64,000 bases of DNA from Candidatus Spechtbacteria bacterium. GTDB taxonomy: Bacteria > Patescibacteriota > Minisyncoccia > Spechtbacterales > JACPHP01. Location: assembly GCA_016188605.1 (NCBI GenBank), contig JACPHP010000003.1, positions 16,400-80,399 of the forward strand, read 5' to 3'. The notes beneath the pieces are model-generated. The model was not told where the DNA came from, did not search any database, and saw nothing but the letters and a program-made list of their open reading frames with translations. Of the stretch, positions 11,368 to 20,979 are shown piece by piece; position 1 is the first letter of the stretch, and the number at the start of each line of letters is the position of its first letter. A program made the translations under genes and the position numbers.

Positions 11368-11507
11368 AATATCTAAGGGCTCTTCGTAAGAAGAGCCCCT
11401 TTTCATTCTACTAAATAGTGTGGACATCACACTCCCTACGATATATAAAGTCAGTATTGATGGCTGATAAGCATCATGGAATGATACAGGCTCTTTAACA
11501 ATTCATT

Positions 11508-13988
11508 TTGGAAAGGGGGCGTGATATGACGCTAAAGAAACTTTCAGCCGATGACCTAATCGCCAAATGTAATCCTAAAAAATTTGCAAACAAAAAATAT
11601 ACGTCTGACCCGCTGATAGGATTTATCGGTCAAGAAAAAGCGTATCGAGCTTTAATTGATGGGCTAACTCAACCCGCCAACGGCTATAACATCATTGCCA
11701 TAGATCCGGGCATAGGGCTACAGTCGGTAATCAAAGAGGTAATTGCGCAAATAATCAACGATTATTCCGTCACAATATCGCAAAAAGATTATTGTTACGT
11801 GCACAATTTTGACGATCCTCTAGCGCCAACATTGCTCACCTTTCGCGCCGGTACAGGCCAGCAATTCCGTGCTGATATTTTGAAACTTTACGAAACATTG
11901 CAGATCAAAATTCAGGAAGCCCTGGCGGCTGGCGACTATCACATGCAACTGCAGCTAATGGCGGAGGATGCAGAAGCGCGCGTTCAAAAAATTTGGGCAA
12001 TTCTCAATAGAGAAATGGACGGCGATCGCCTTATTATGCATGACGTTGGCGACGGCCTTCATCTGTTTAATTTTGCAAGGCGCAAAAATTCTGATGAAAT
12101 GCAGCTGATGCCGGCGGAACTTTGGATAAATGATGTCACTAATAGCATTAGCGATGAAGAACTTCAAAAACGCCGCGGCGCGCGCGCAAAATGGCAATCA
12201 TCTATTTTCCGGGCAGCCAAAGAGGCGCAAGAGATTTCTCTTGCTCTGAAAAATGACGCTGCGGAAATGACAAAAATTATTGCCGTAAACACAATCAACA
12301 AATGCGTTGATCCTCTAATCGTTTCGTATCCGCAAGCCACGATGTTTATAGAAAAACTCGGGCAATTTGCTCTTAGTAAACTGCCTTTCTTTAGCGGACA
12401 GGCGTCTGCAAACGATCAAGGCGATCACGAGCATGATGGCAAAGAAGAGGGTGATGATGAGGAAGATGAAGCGAAAATTGCATTTTACGTAAACGTTTAC
12501 GTCGAGAACAATCCGGACAGCAAAATGCCACTTATTGTCGAAGCGTCGCACATGACTTACGCCGATATATTCGGCGAACTTGACCGTGATAGCCGCCTTG
12601 GCACGTATTACACTGACCACTCCAAGCTTTCTGCCGGAGCGATTGCCGTAGCAAACGGCGGCGTGCTGTTTATTGACGGCAACCAATTTTTCACAAGCCA
12701 AAACGGACAGCAAATGTGGGATGCTCTGCGCCATACGCTAAAAACGCGCATGATTGAGCTCAAAGAACTGGCGGATGAAGATGGTATTCCTCTTCCGCAC
12801 AAGCTTCGCCCTCAGCCAATTCCCTTTGAAGGAAAAGTTGTCCTACTGATAAGCCCCGCGATATACGAACTATTGCTTCATATATTTCCGTCTGATGTGC
12901 ATTCTCTATTTTGTATATCTGCTTGGTTTTCTTCGACCGCTCCGAGAACAAAGATGAATGAATATAAATACGCGCAATTTGTTACATGTTGCCAGCAATC
13001 GGAAGGGCTTCTCGCGTTTACGCCGAGTGCTATTGCAAGGATTATTGAATACGGATCACGCCTTGCGGAAGATAAAGAAAAACTTTTTTTAAACATGAGC
13101 CCTGTTAAGGCGCTTGTTATTGAAGCTAGTACTGTGGCTCAAGATACCAACGCGCGAGAAGTAACTGCGAGCCATGTGGAACGCGCGATTTCCATTCAGC
13201 GCGAACGAGTATCTCTTATTCAAGATCGTGGACTTGAAAATATTGTTCAAGGCCAAATTATTATTCGCGTGAAGGGCAATGAAATAGGCAGAGGAAATGC
13301 TCTGGCGGTATTTGAAGAAGCTGGCGAAGAATTTGGTTTGCCAGTAACAATCACTGCTCTGCGCCACCCCAGCGAAGCATTCGCAATCTCAATTTTAGAC
13401 GCTGATGCTGGCCAGACGGGTAAGGTGTTTAAGAAATCGGGCGGTATTATCACAAGCATCATTAAAAACTATTACGGCGCTAGCAGTGAAATTCTTTTTG
13501 ATATCACAATATCATTTGAACAAACCTATGACGAAATTGACGGCGACAGCGCGTCTACCATTTTAATTTGCACTGCTCTTTCCGCCATTGGCAATATCCC
13601 GCTGCGGCAAGACGTTGCAATTACGGGCTCCGCAAACCAGTTAAGCGAAACCCAAGCAATTGGCGTAGTCAACCAAAAAATTGAAGGTTTTTTTGACACC
13701 TGCGTCGCGTTAGGCGCGCTAGCCGGCCAAACCGTTCTCATTCCCGAACATAATGTAAGAGATCTAATGGTCCGTAAAGATGTCGTTCTGGCGTGTGAAA
13801 AAGGCGCTTTCAACGTCTATTCTTACTCAACGTGGCGCGAGGCAATGGAATTCATAACGGGCCTTTCTATGGCGGAGGTTGACCAGCGCGTCAGGGCCGA
13901 AATCTCTAAGGCAAAACGCCGCGAACAACGCTCTGAAGCAAAGAAAAAGAAAAAGAAAACTGCCAGAAAAATAACTACTGATAAATAA
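11508..13988 (+). CDS. Lon-like S16 peptidase, paralog B
   Basis: 826 aa paralog of the previous gene (GFIGQEKA..., DGDSAST...VVNQKIEGFFD). Likely start at the ATG at 11526 after a GGGGG RBS. Walker A degenerate (DPGIGLQS). Confidence 0.7.
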   Translation: MERGRDMTLKKLSADDLIAKCNPKKFANKKYTSDPLIGFIGQEKAYRALIDGLTQPANGYNIIAIDPGIGLQSVIKEVIAQIINDYSVTISQKDYCYVHNFDDPLAPTLLTFRAGTGQQFRADILKLYETLQIKIQEALAAGDYHMQLQLMAEDAEARVQKIWAILNREMDGDRLIMHDVGDGLHLFNFARRKNSDEMQLMPAELWINDVTNSISDEELQKRRGARAKWQSSIFRAAKEAQEISLALKNDAAEMTKIIAVNTINKCVDPLIVSYPQATMFIEKLGQFALSKLPFFSGQASANDQGDHEHDGKEEGDDEEDEAKIAFYVNVYVENNPDSKMPLIVEASHMTYADIFGELDRDSRLGTYYTDHSKLSAGAIAVANGGVLFIDGNQFFTSQNGQQMWDALRHTLKTRMIELKELADEDGIPLPHKLRPQPIPFEGKVVLLISPAIYELLLHIFPSDVHSLFCISAWFSSTAPRTKMNEYKYAQFVTCCQQSEGLLAFTPSAIARIIEYGSRLAEDKEKLFLNMSPVKALVIEASTVAQDTNAREVTASHVERAISIQRERVSLIQDRGLENIVQGQIIIRVKGNEIGRGNALAVFEEAGEEFGLPVTITALRHPSEAFAISILDADAGQTGKVFKKSGGIITSIIKNYYGASSEILFDITISFEQTYDEIDGDSASTILICTALSAIGNIPLRQDVAITGSANQLSETQAIGVVNQKIEGFFDTCVALGALAGQTVLIPEHNVRDLMVRKDVVLACEKGAFNVYSYSTWREAMEFITGLSMAEVDQRVRAEISKAKRREQRSEAKKKKKKTARKITTDK

Positions 13989-14120
13989 TGTAAAAGCCCC
14001 CGCCCTGAACTGACCCCAAAGTGGACACTTTCAGTGTCTACTTTGAAGGATACGGTTCGGGACGAGGGCTTATTTTTTCATACGCTCATTCTTTCGATTG
14101 ATTTTTTGCGTAGAGAAAAT

Positions 14121-14402
14121 TTAGCATGCAATGATTCTGCAATAATCGTTATCCCCCAACTCTTCGTGAACCTTCATGTGAGTTTTCACAACGTAATCCT
14201 GAAAAGCTTCTTCGATATCTTCATCGTCTAGGCGTTGCGATGCCGCAAAACACATATCTATATAAAACCATTGCCAACATTCTTCGCACGATTTGATATG
14301 ATCAGTAGCATTTTGCCTGTCGTTTTGATTAATAGAATCTACGCTCTTTTTCTCGAATGTATGTATTTTCTTGACTAAAGATCTTGCATCCTCGCACTTC
14401 AT
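14121..14402 (-). CDS. Hypothetical small protein, possible zf-HC2-like (HxxxCxxC)
   Basis: 93 aa; DHIKSCEECW motif. Weak. Confidence 0.3.
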   Translation of the reverse strand: MKCEDARSLVKKIHTFEKKSVDSINQNDRQNATDHIKSCEECWQWFYIDMCFAASQRLDDEDIEEAFQDYVVKTHMKVHEELGDNDYCRIIAC

Positions 14403-14467
14403 GGTTCTTGCCTCCCTAATCTATATGCTTATTATTAGTAAAGAACCGCTTAACTTACGAAACAAAG

Positions 14468-14539
14468 TAGCCCTAAGGAGAATCGAACTCCTGTTGCCAG
14501 GATGAAAACCTGACGTCCTAACCACTAGACGATAGGGCC
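14468..14539 (-). tRNA. tRNA-Glu(UUC)
   Basis: Cloverleaf read on the reverse complement: acceptor ggcccta/tagggct, D-arm gtct-agtggttag-gacg, anticodon loop ttTTCat, T-arm aggag-ttcgatt-ctcct. Confidence 0.8.
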
Positions 14540-14730
14540 AAAAAAGCGAGGGCTCACAGCTTTTTTGGGCCTGCAAAAAGCAGGCGGGGTAGTCAAATGC
14601 CAACAGTTTTTTGTCCGAGCCTATGGCGAGTAGTACAAGGCATTTGACGGTACCTTAGCGTTGAGTGAGTATCATTTATTATAAAATCTCTGCGACCTAA
14701 ATTGCGCAGACACTAACTATCATGCCAAAA

Positions 14731-14763
14731 AAATTGAAAAATGACAAGCTTTGCGGTATAATG
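14731..14763 (+). promoter_or_regulatory. Sigma70-like promoter for tsaD (TTGAAA-N17-TATAAT)
   Basis: ttgaaa...17 nt...tataat ends about 15 nt before the conserved TsaD start, implying a short or leaderless 5' UTR. Confidence 0.45.
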
Positions 14764-16007
14764 CTGCCGACTACATTATGAAAATTATTCTGGCCATAGA
14801 AACATCCTGCGATGAAACTGGAATAGCCGTCGTTCAGGGCTCGGGTAGAACCAAGCCCGTTATTAAAGTCCTCGCGGATGTTATTGCTTCCCAAATTGCA
14901 ATTCACAAAAAGTACGGCGGGGTCGTGCCGCATCTTGCCGCGCGCGAACACCAGCGCAATTTAATTCCCGCATTGCACAAAGCATTACGGGAAGCTAAAT
15001 TGCTAAATTCAAAAATCAAAACGCAAAATGCAAAACTACAATTCAAAATTAGAAATGTACGGGCCGCGGAAGCAATTCTCGCTCGGGAACCAGAACTGGC
15101 AAAAAAATTTTTATCTACCATTGTCAGCGAGCCCATACCACAAATTGACTATATTGCCGTAACAAAGGGTCCGGGATTGTCGCCAGCACTTTGGACGGGC
15201 ATAAATTTTGCAAAAGCGCTTGCGCTGCTTTGGCATAAGCCGCTTCTTGGAATTGACCACATGGAGGGACATCTCTCCGCTAATTTCATAAATGAAATTA
15301 GCGGAATTTCCAATTTCCAATTTCCAATTTCCAAAACCTCCTTCCCTATTCTTTGTTTAACTGTTTCCGGTGGACACACTCAACTAGTGCTCGCGCGCGA
15401 CTGGGCTCAGTTTGAATTGCTCGGCGAAACTGTTGATGATGCCGCTGGTGAAGCTTTTGATAAAGTCGCGCGCATGCTGGAGCTTTCCTATCCTGGCGGA
15501 CCGGAAATCAGCAAGCTCGCAAAAAATGGAAATCCTAAAGCATTTCCATTTCCCCGCCCGATGCTTAGCATGAAAAATTACCTCTTTAGTTTTTCCGGAC
15601 TTAAAACTGCTGTGCTTTACACTTTGAAAAAAATTGAAAAAATTACACCAGAAATAAAACAGGATATCGCGGCATCCTTCCAGCAAGCTATCGTTGACGT
15701 GCTTGTAAAGAAAACTATCAGCGCCGCCAAAGAATATAACGCAAAAACAATTATGCTAGCCGGAGGCGTTGCCGCGAATCAAGAACTCAGAAATAAACTA
15801 CGCCAAGCAATAGAACAAAATCTCCCGAATACGATATATAAAATACCAAATACTAATCTATGCACCGACAACGGCGCAATGATCGGCGCTGCGGCATACA
15901 TTCGCCTCGCCACGCAGAAGCTTTATGCGAAGGCAGGCCTTGCGCAAAAAGATTTTGACGTCCGCCCTATTGAAGCCGAGCCGGCTCGGCTAATTACGGA
16001 TAATTAA
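14751..16007 (+). CDS. tsaD: tRNA N6-adenosine threonylcarbamoyltransferase TsaD
   Basis: ILAIETSCDETGIAVV and TVSGGHTQLV motifs. True start probably the ATG at 14778 (MKIILAIETSCDET). Contains lineage-specific insertions. Confidence 0.85.
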   Translation: MRYNAADYIMKIILAIETSCDETGIAVVQGSGRTKPVIKVLADVIASQIAIHKKYGGVVPHLAAREHQRNLIPALHKALREAKLLNSKIKTQNAKLQFKIRNVRAAEAILAREPELAKKFLSTIVSEPIPQIDYIAVTKGPGLSPALWTGINFAKALALLWHKPLLGIDHMEGHLSANFINEISGISNFQFPISKTSFPILCLTVSGGHTQLVLARDWAQFELLGETVDDAAGEAFDKVARMLELSYPGGPEISKLAKNGNPKAFPFPRPMLSMKNYLFSFSGLKTAVLYTLKKIEKITPEIKQDIAASFQQAIVDVLVKKTISAAKEYNAKTIMLAGGVAANQELRNKLRQAIEQNLPNTIYKIPNTNLCTDNGAMIGAAAYIRLATQKLYAKAGLAQKDFDVRPIEAEPARLITDN

Positions 16008-16047
16008 AAGACCTGTCGGGATGACAGGTCTAAATACATGATACTTA

Positions 16048-16944
16048 TTATCTACTAGTCTTTTTGCTTCCCGTATCTTCCTCAATCGTCGGGCAAAATG
16101 GATTATTCACGCCATCCTTTAGCGCGCTGAGGGGCGTGTGCTCTATAACAAAGGATGGCGCTTTGAATGCTAGCCAAGTGCAACCTATTAAAGTCGCGAC
16201 AGCTGCCGCGATAGCAGCGCCTACCAAAATGGCTCCTCCGATAAAATCAAAATACTGCCAGATACCTACAAGGCGAATCGGCTCGAGCACCAATACAATA
16301 ATCGCAAAGATTGCCCAGGTAGCAAGGTGTAAAAACAATACGGCTTTCGCAAATCGCGGCATAATTTCACGAGCATTTCCGATAATGTAAGACTGTAATA
16401 TTGCCAGTATAACCAACCACATTATTGCGAGCGTGACATTGCCGCTGTTATCATTCTCAAAAATATTACCCCAGAGCGTAGGGTCGATGAAGAAAATAAC
16501 AGCGACATAAACTAGAGAGCCCCAAATCAGAAACATAAAAATCCACAATGTCGCTACAAATCCCACCTTCCATGTCGCCGGGCAGATAGAAATCTTTCTA
16601 TGGTCTTCCCTATAGCCTCCGTAAGAATATCCCAGAAGAACATTCATGTATCGGTATAATCCAGTTGTCCATAAATTGTCGTCTCTTGCAAAAAACGTAT
16701 TGGCAAGTTGCACTGAAGATCCAACGAATAAAGGCAAACAGAAGAATACTCTGACGGTCCATACTACGGTCCACCAGAACCAACTTTCTTGCACCGAGAT
16801 ACTATTCATCCACATCGCCGTACCCAGAGCTACTAACATAGCAACGACCCAAAGCGCGCGAAGCTTATTCAACTTATCCATCTTAACGCTCCTTTCCTTG
16901 TTAAAAAACTTTCCTCTTTCCCTAGATTTCCATAACAGAAACAT
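16048..16944 (-). CDS. Polytopic membrane protein, unknown function
   Basis: 298 aa with many hydrophobic helices. Confidence 0.5.
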   Translation of the reverse strand: MFLLWKSRERGKFFNKERSVKMDKLNKLRALWVVAMLVALGTAMWMNSISVQESWFWWTVVWTVRVFFCLPLFVGSSVQLANTFFARDDNLWTTGLYRYMNVLLGYSYGGYREDHRKISICPATWKVGFVATLWIFMFLIWGSLVYVAVIFFIDPTLWGNIFENDNSGNVTLAIMWLVILAILQSYIIGNAREIMPRFAKAVLFLHLATWAIFAIIVLVLEPIRLVGIWQYFDFIGGAILVGAAIAAAVATLIGCTWLAFKAPSFVIEHTPLSALKDGVNNPFCPTIEEDTGSKKTSR

Positions 16945-16952
16945 TCTGTCAA

Positions 16953-17060
16953 CACCCCGTTAGAGATAAATGTAGCACTGGGTTGATTGATGAGAATAAA
17001 AATCAACTATATTCAATATTTTAGATTGTTTTAGCCATAAATCTCTAACGGGGTCAAGCT
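16953..17060. repeat. MITE-like element with terminal inverted repeats CCCCGTTAGAGATAAATG / CATAAATCTCTAACGGGG (copy 1)
   Basis: Perfect 18-bp terminal inverted repeats enclose about 70 bp with an internal hairpin. Related copies at 34971-35080 and 42770-42880. Confidence 0.6.
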
Positions 17061-17097
17061 TCACCGATTCTTTTTTCTCTGCCATAATACAGACATT

Positions 17098-19302
17098 ATG
17101 AAAACCAAAAAAGAATTACCTAAAAGTTATGAACATCTAATAAGTGAGCCGAAAATCTATGCTCTTTGGGAAAAGAGCGGCTTTTTTGACCCCACTTCGC
17201 CTCGCTACACTCGGCTTCGCGGGGCAAGTCCCTCAAAAAAATACGGAAAAAATGAAACATTTTCTATCATCATGCCGCCGACGAATGCCAACGACCCTCT
17301 ACACATTGGACATGCTATGGGTATGACTACACAGGATATTATGATTCGCTACAACCGCATGCAGGGCAAAAAAACTTTGTGGCTGCCAGGCATGGATCAC
17401 GCGGGATTTGAAACGCAGGTTGTTTATGAAAAGAAACTTGCAAAGCTTGGCCGCTCGCGCTTTGATATGACGCGCGAACAATTTTACCAAGAAGTTTGGG
17501 ATTACACACAAAAAAATAGCGAAACTATCCGCGGACAGATAAAAAAACTTGGCGCCTCTTGCGATTGGTCTCGCGAAACATTTACGCTAGATAAAAATGT
17601 AATACAAACAGTATACGATACCTTTAAAAAAATGACTGATGAGGGTTTAATTTATCGCGCAGAAAGATTGGTGAACTATTGCACCAAACACCGCACGGCT
17701 TTTTCCGAACTTGAAATTGTGCACGAGGAGCGCAAAGACCCTCTCTACTATATTAAATACGGTCCGATCACCCTTGCCACCGTACGCCCTGAAACAAAAT
17801 TCGGCGACACTGCTATTGCTGTGCATCCAAAAGACAAACGCTACCAACAATATATAGGAAAGAAGATTGAAATTGAGACATTGCTCGGCAAAAAAATGAT
17901 TAAGATTATTGCCGACGAAGTAGTTGACTCGGAATTTGGAACGGGTGCTGTAAAAGTAACGCCGGCGCACGACCAAACCGACTTTGAAATTTGGCAGAGG
18001 CACAAAGACGAAATCCCCGGCCCTATTAAAGTTATAGGACAAGACGGCAAGCTAACTGAAGTTGCGGGCCCATACGCCGGAATGAAAGTTGAGGAAGCGC
18101 GCCAAAAAGTTGTAGAAGATATGCAACAAGCGGGACTGCTAGAAAAAATTGACGATACATACGAGCATACCGTGAGCTTGTGCTACAAATGCAATACCGT
18201 GCTTGAGCCAATGCTAATGAAGCAATGGTTTGTGCGCATGCAAACACTAGCGCAACCAGCCATAAAAGCCGCGCAAAAAAAAGAAGTGGTTTTTGTGCCG
18301 GCTAATCAAGGAAAAATTTACCTGCATTGGCTGCGCAATATAAAAGACTGGAACATCTCTCGCCAAAATTGGTGGGGCATTGCAATACCCGCATGGAAGT
18401 GCACCGCTTGTTCAACGCCAGAAAAGGAAGTTTGGACTGTTACTAACGGCAAAGAGCCAAAAGCATGCCTGCAGTGTAAAAAATTAACCGATCTTGCGCG
18501 CGATCCTGATGTGTTTGATACATGGTTTTCTTCCGGCCAATGGCCGTATGCCACTTTGGGTTATCCGAATGGCAAGGATTTCAAAACATTCTATCCAACA
18601 TCTATAATGGAGACGGGCTATGATATTTTGTTTTTCTGGGTGGCGCGCATGATAATGCTTGGCATATATCGCACTGGCAAAGTTCCGTTTAAGACTGTAT
18701 ATTTGCACGGCCTTGTACGCGATAAAGATCGCCAAAAAATGTCTAAGTCCAAAGGCAATGTTATTGACCCGCTTGGAATTGTAGAAATCTATGGCGCCGA
18801 TGCGCTACGTATGGCACTAATAGTAGGCAATCTGCCCGGACGTGATCCAATAATTTCTGAAGACAAAATCCGCGGCTACCGCAATTTCTCTACAAAACTG
18901 TGGAATATCACGCGATTTATTTTAATGAACTGCCAAGATTATTCGCCTGCTAAAAAAATTACACTCACTCCAGCTGACAAAAAAATCATAAAAGAGTTTG
19001 ACCGCGTGCGCGTTAAAGTAACCAAGAATATGGACGCGCTGAAGTTTTCGCATGCAGCGGAAATGCTGTACCATTATTCATGGCACGCGTTTGCTGATAA
19101 AATCATAGAAGCATCAAAGCCATTACTACAGGAAAGTGCTGACGCAAAAAAACGCGCAGCGCGCCAGCATGTTTTGATCACGACCCTAGCTGACACATTA
19201 AAACTCTTGCACCCGTTCATGCCATTTATCACCGAAGAACTCTACGGTTCCCTGCCGCTTAAAAAACACGGATTGCTAATGGTGGAAAAATGGCCGGAGT
19301 AA
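17098..19302 (+). CDS. valS: Valine--tRNA ligase (short form)
   Basis: HIGHAMG and KMSKSKGNVIDP class I motifs; WNISRQNWWGIAIP editing-domain block. Confidence 0.9.
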   Translation: MKTKKELPKSYEHLISEPKIYALWEKSGFFDPTSPRYTRLRGASPSKKYGKNETFSIIMPPTNANDPLHIGHAMGMTTQDIMIRYNRMQGKKTLWLPGMDHAGFETQVVYEKKLAKLGRSRFDMTREQFYQEVWDYTQKNSETIRGQIKKLGASCDWSRETFTLDKNVIQTVYDTFKKMTDEGLIYRAERLVNYCTKHRTAFSELEIVHEERKDPLYYIKYGPITLATVRPETKFGDTAIAVHPKDKRYQQYIGKKIEIETLLGKKMIKIIADEVVDSEFGTGAVKVTPAHDQTDFEIWQRHKDEIPGPIKVIGQDGKLTEVAGPYAGMKVEEARQKVVEDMQQAGLLEKIDDTYEHTVSLCYKCNTVLEPMLMKQWFVRMQTLAQPAIKAAQKKEVVFVPANQGKIYLHWLRNIKDWNISRQNWWGIAIPAWKCTACSTPEKEVWTVTNGKEPKACLQCKKLTDLARDPDVFDTWFSSGQWPYATLGYPNGKDFKTFYPTSIMETGYDILFFWVARMIMLGIYRTGKVPFKTVYLHGLVRDKDRQKMSKSKGNVIDPLGIVEIYGADALRMALIVGNLPGRDPIISEDKIRGYRNFSTKLWNITRFILMNCQDYSPAKKITLTPADKKIIKEFDRVRVKVTKNMDALKFSHAAEMLYHYSWHAFADKIIEASKPLLQESADAKKRAARQHVLITTLADTLKLLHPFMPFITEELYGSLPLKKHGLLMVEKWPE

Positions 19303-19303
19303 C

Positions 19304-19398
19304 TTTGAATCATGAATTGTGAATAATGAATCATGAATACTATGATTGATTCACTACTGCAATCCACTATTCATGATTCGTGATTCATTATTCAATTT
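19304..19398. repeat. Family-1 AT-rich hairpin repeat (tgaatcatgaattgtgaata ... tattcatgattcgtgattca)
   Basis: Imperfect long dyad built from TGAAT-N2-TGAAT units. Family recurs at 26293, 27769, 28492, 32448, 41131, 57548 and 52950. Confidence 0.6.
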
Positions 19399-20147
19399 AC
19401 GTCATGCTCGCAGACATTCAAATTTTCGCCTGCTCTCCCGGATGTTTGGGAATTTTCGCTCTATCGTTTATACCAAGCCTAATTTGGCTAGCTTTTTTTT
19501 GGGTACAAGATAAAAACCCGGAGCCGAAACGTATTATTCTGCGCGTTTTTTTATGGGGTTTCCTTATTGCAATTCCAGTTATTGTCATTGAAAATATGCT
19601 GCAATATTATGCATACCCCCTATTTACGGCAACTGGTACCGCGTGGCTATACGGTTTTCTAGGAATTGCATTAATTGAAGAAACGGCAAAATATCTCACC
19701 GTGCGCTATAAGGCCGTGCCACTGCGCGTTTTTGACGAGCCGCAAGATGCCATAATTTATATGATTACTGTCGCGCTAGGCTTTGCGGCAATTGAAAATT
19801 TCTTTTACGCGTTCAGCGCGTACAATCTCGGTTTTTCCGCATCTATGGCTTCACTTGCGGGAAGATTTATCACATCAACACTGCTTCATGTTGTCAGCTC
19901 CGGAATCCTTGGCTACTTTCTTGCGCGAATATATTTTCTTGAACAAGAAAAAAATTCTCTTGCGATATTGCTAACAGGTCTAATGTTTTCCACAGTGTTG
20001 CATGGTTTGTACAACTATTTTATAATTCAGACAGGAGGATATATGATATTATCTGTTATTCCTGTTATGCCCGTGGCTCTCCTTCTTACAAGTAGCGTAT
20101 TTCTCCTATTTCTTTATTGGCATTTACGTACATTTTCTTATCAATAA
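19380..20147 (+). CDS. PrsW-like intramembrane protease family protein (tentative)
   Basis: Multi-TM protein; EETAKY (EExxK) motif and conserved His/Asn positions. Start may be the ATG at about 19404. Confidence 0.45.
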   Translation: MIHYSIYVMLADIQIFACSPGCLGIFALSFIPSLIWLAFFWVQDKNPEPKRIILRVFLWGFLIAIPVIVIENMLQYYAYPLFTATGTAWLYGFLGIALIEETAKYLTVRYKAVPLRVFDEPQDAIIYMITVALGFAAIENFFYAFSAYNLGFSASMASLAGRFITSTLLHVVSSGILGYFLARIYFLEQEKNSLAILLTGLMFSTVLHGLYNYFIIQTGGYMILSVIPVMPVALLLTSSVFLLFLYWHLRTFSYQ

Positions 20148-20950
20148 TTTTTTTTCACCGCTTGGTGAATATAAATATGACTAAATCTTTTTTTGAAAAA
20201 CTTGCGAGCTCCCTCAGGATGGAAGAAGCTAAAGAAGAAACGGCGCAATACGACGAAGAACAGGTTACCGCAGCGGAAGAAAATGCGGAAATACCTATGG
20301 AAGAAATGACCGATTCGGAAACAAATCCCGGGTCTGAAGAAACGGGTACAGAACCGGAAACTGTGCCTTATCCCGGCGAAGAAGAGGATGATAGGGCCAA
20401 GGAAGAGATGACGGACGACGAAGAAAACGAAGGAGGAGAGGACGAGGAAGAGAACGACCTGGAGGGTTCGTATACCGCCGTTACGCAAGAACCAAAGAAA
20501 TACGAAACACAACTTGCGGCCGCACGATCAAAAACTACAACACGCCATCGTCGCGTTGCGCACAAACATATCACATTGCCCCGCGTACAAGAAACAGAGG
20601 ATATGATGGATGAAGATATGGAAGGACAACTTGCAATTGATGTGTACCACACAGAAGATGATATTATCATCAAGTCCACAATCGCAGGCGTTGATCCGGA
20701 AGATTTGGATATAAACATCGCGGGTGACACTGTAACCATTCACGGCGAAAGAAAAAAAGATCATGAGATTTCCAATGAGAGCTATTACTACCAAGAATGC
20801 TACTGGGGTAGCTTCTCTCGTTCTATAGTATTGCCGGTTGAAGTAGATGGGGACAAAGCAGAGGCAGGATTTCAAAATGGTATTCTCACCATTCGCTTAC
20901 CAAAAGTTGCAAAGAATAAATTAAAAAAAATCCGCGTGACGAAGAGATAG
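20117..20950 (+). CDS. Hsp20/alpha-crystallin family chaperone with acidic N-terminal extension
   Basis: C-terminal ACD: AIDVYHTEDDIIIKSTIAGVDPEDLDI...GILTIRLPK. Probable start MTKSFFEK at 20177. Confidence 0.7.
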   Translation: MAFTYIFLSIIFFHRLVNINMTKSFFEKLASSLRMEEAKEETAQYDEEQVTAAEENAEIPMEEMTDSETNPGSEETGTEPETVPYPGEEEDDRAKEEMTDDEENEGGEDEEENDLEGSYTAVTQEPKKYETQLAAARSKTTTRHRRVAHKHITLPRVQETEDMMDEDMEGQLAIDVYHTEDDIIIKSTIAGVDPEDLDINIAGDTVTIHGERKKDHEISNESYYYQECYWGSFSRSIVLPVEVDGDKAEAGFQNGILTIRLPKVAKNKLKKIRVTKR

Positions 20951-20979
20951 AAAATCATAAACCTTCCTTTTTTTCGTCA

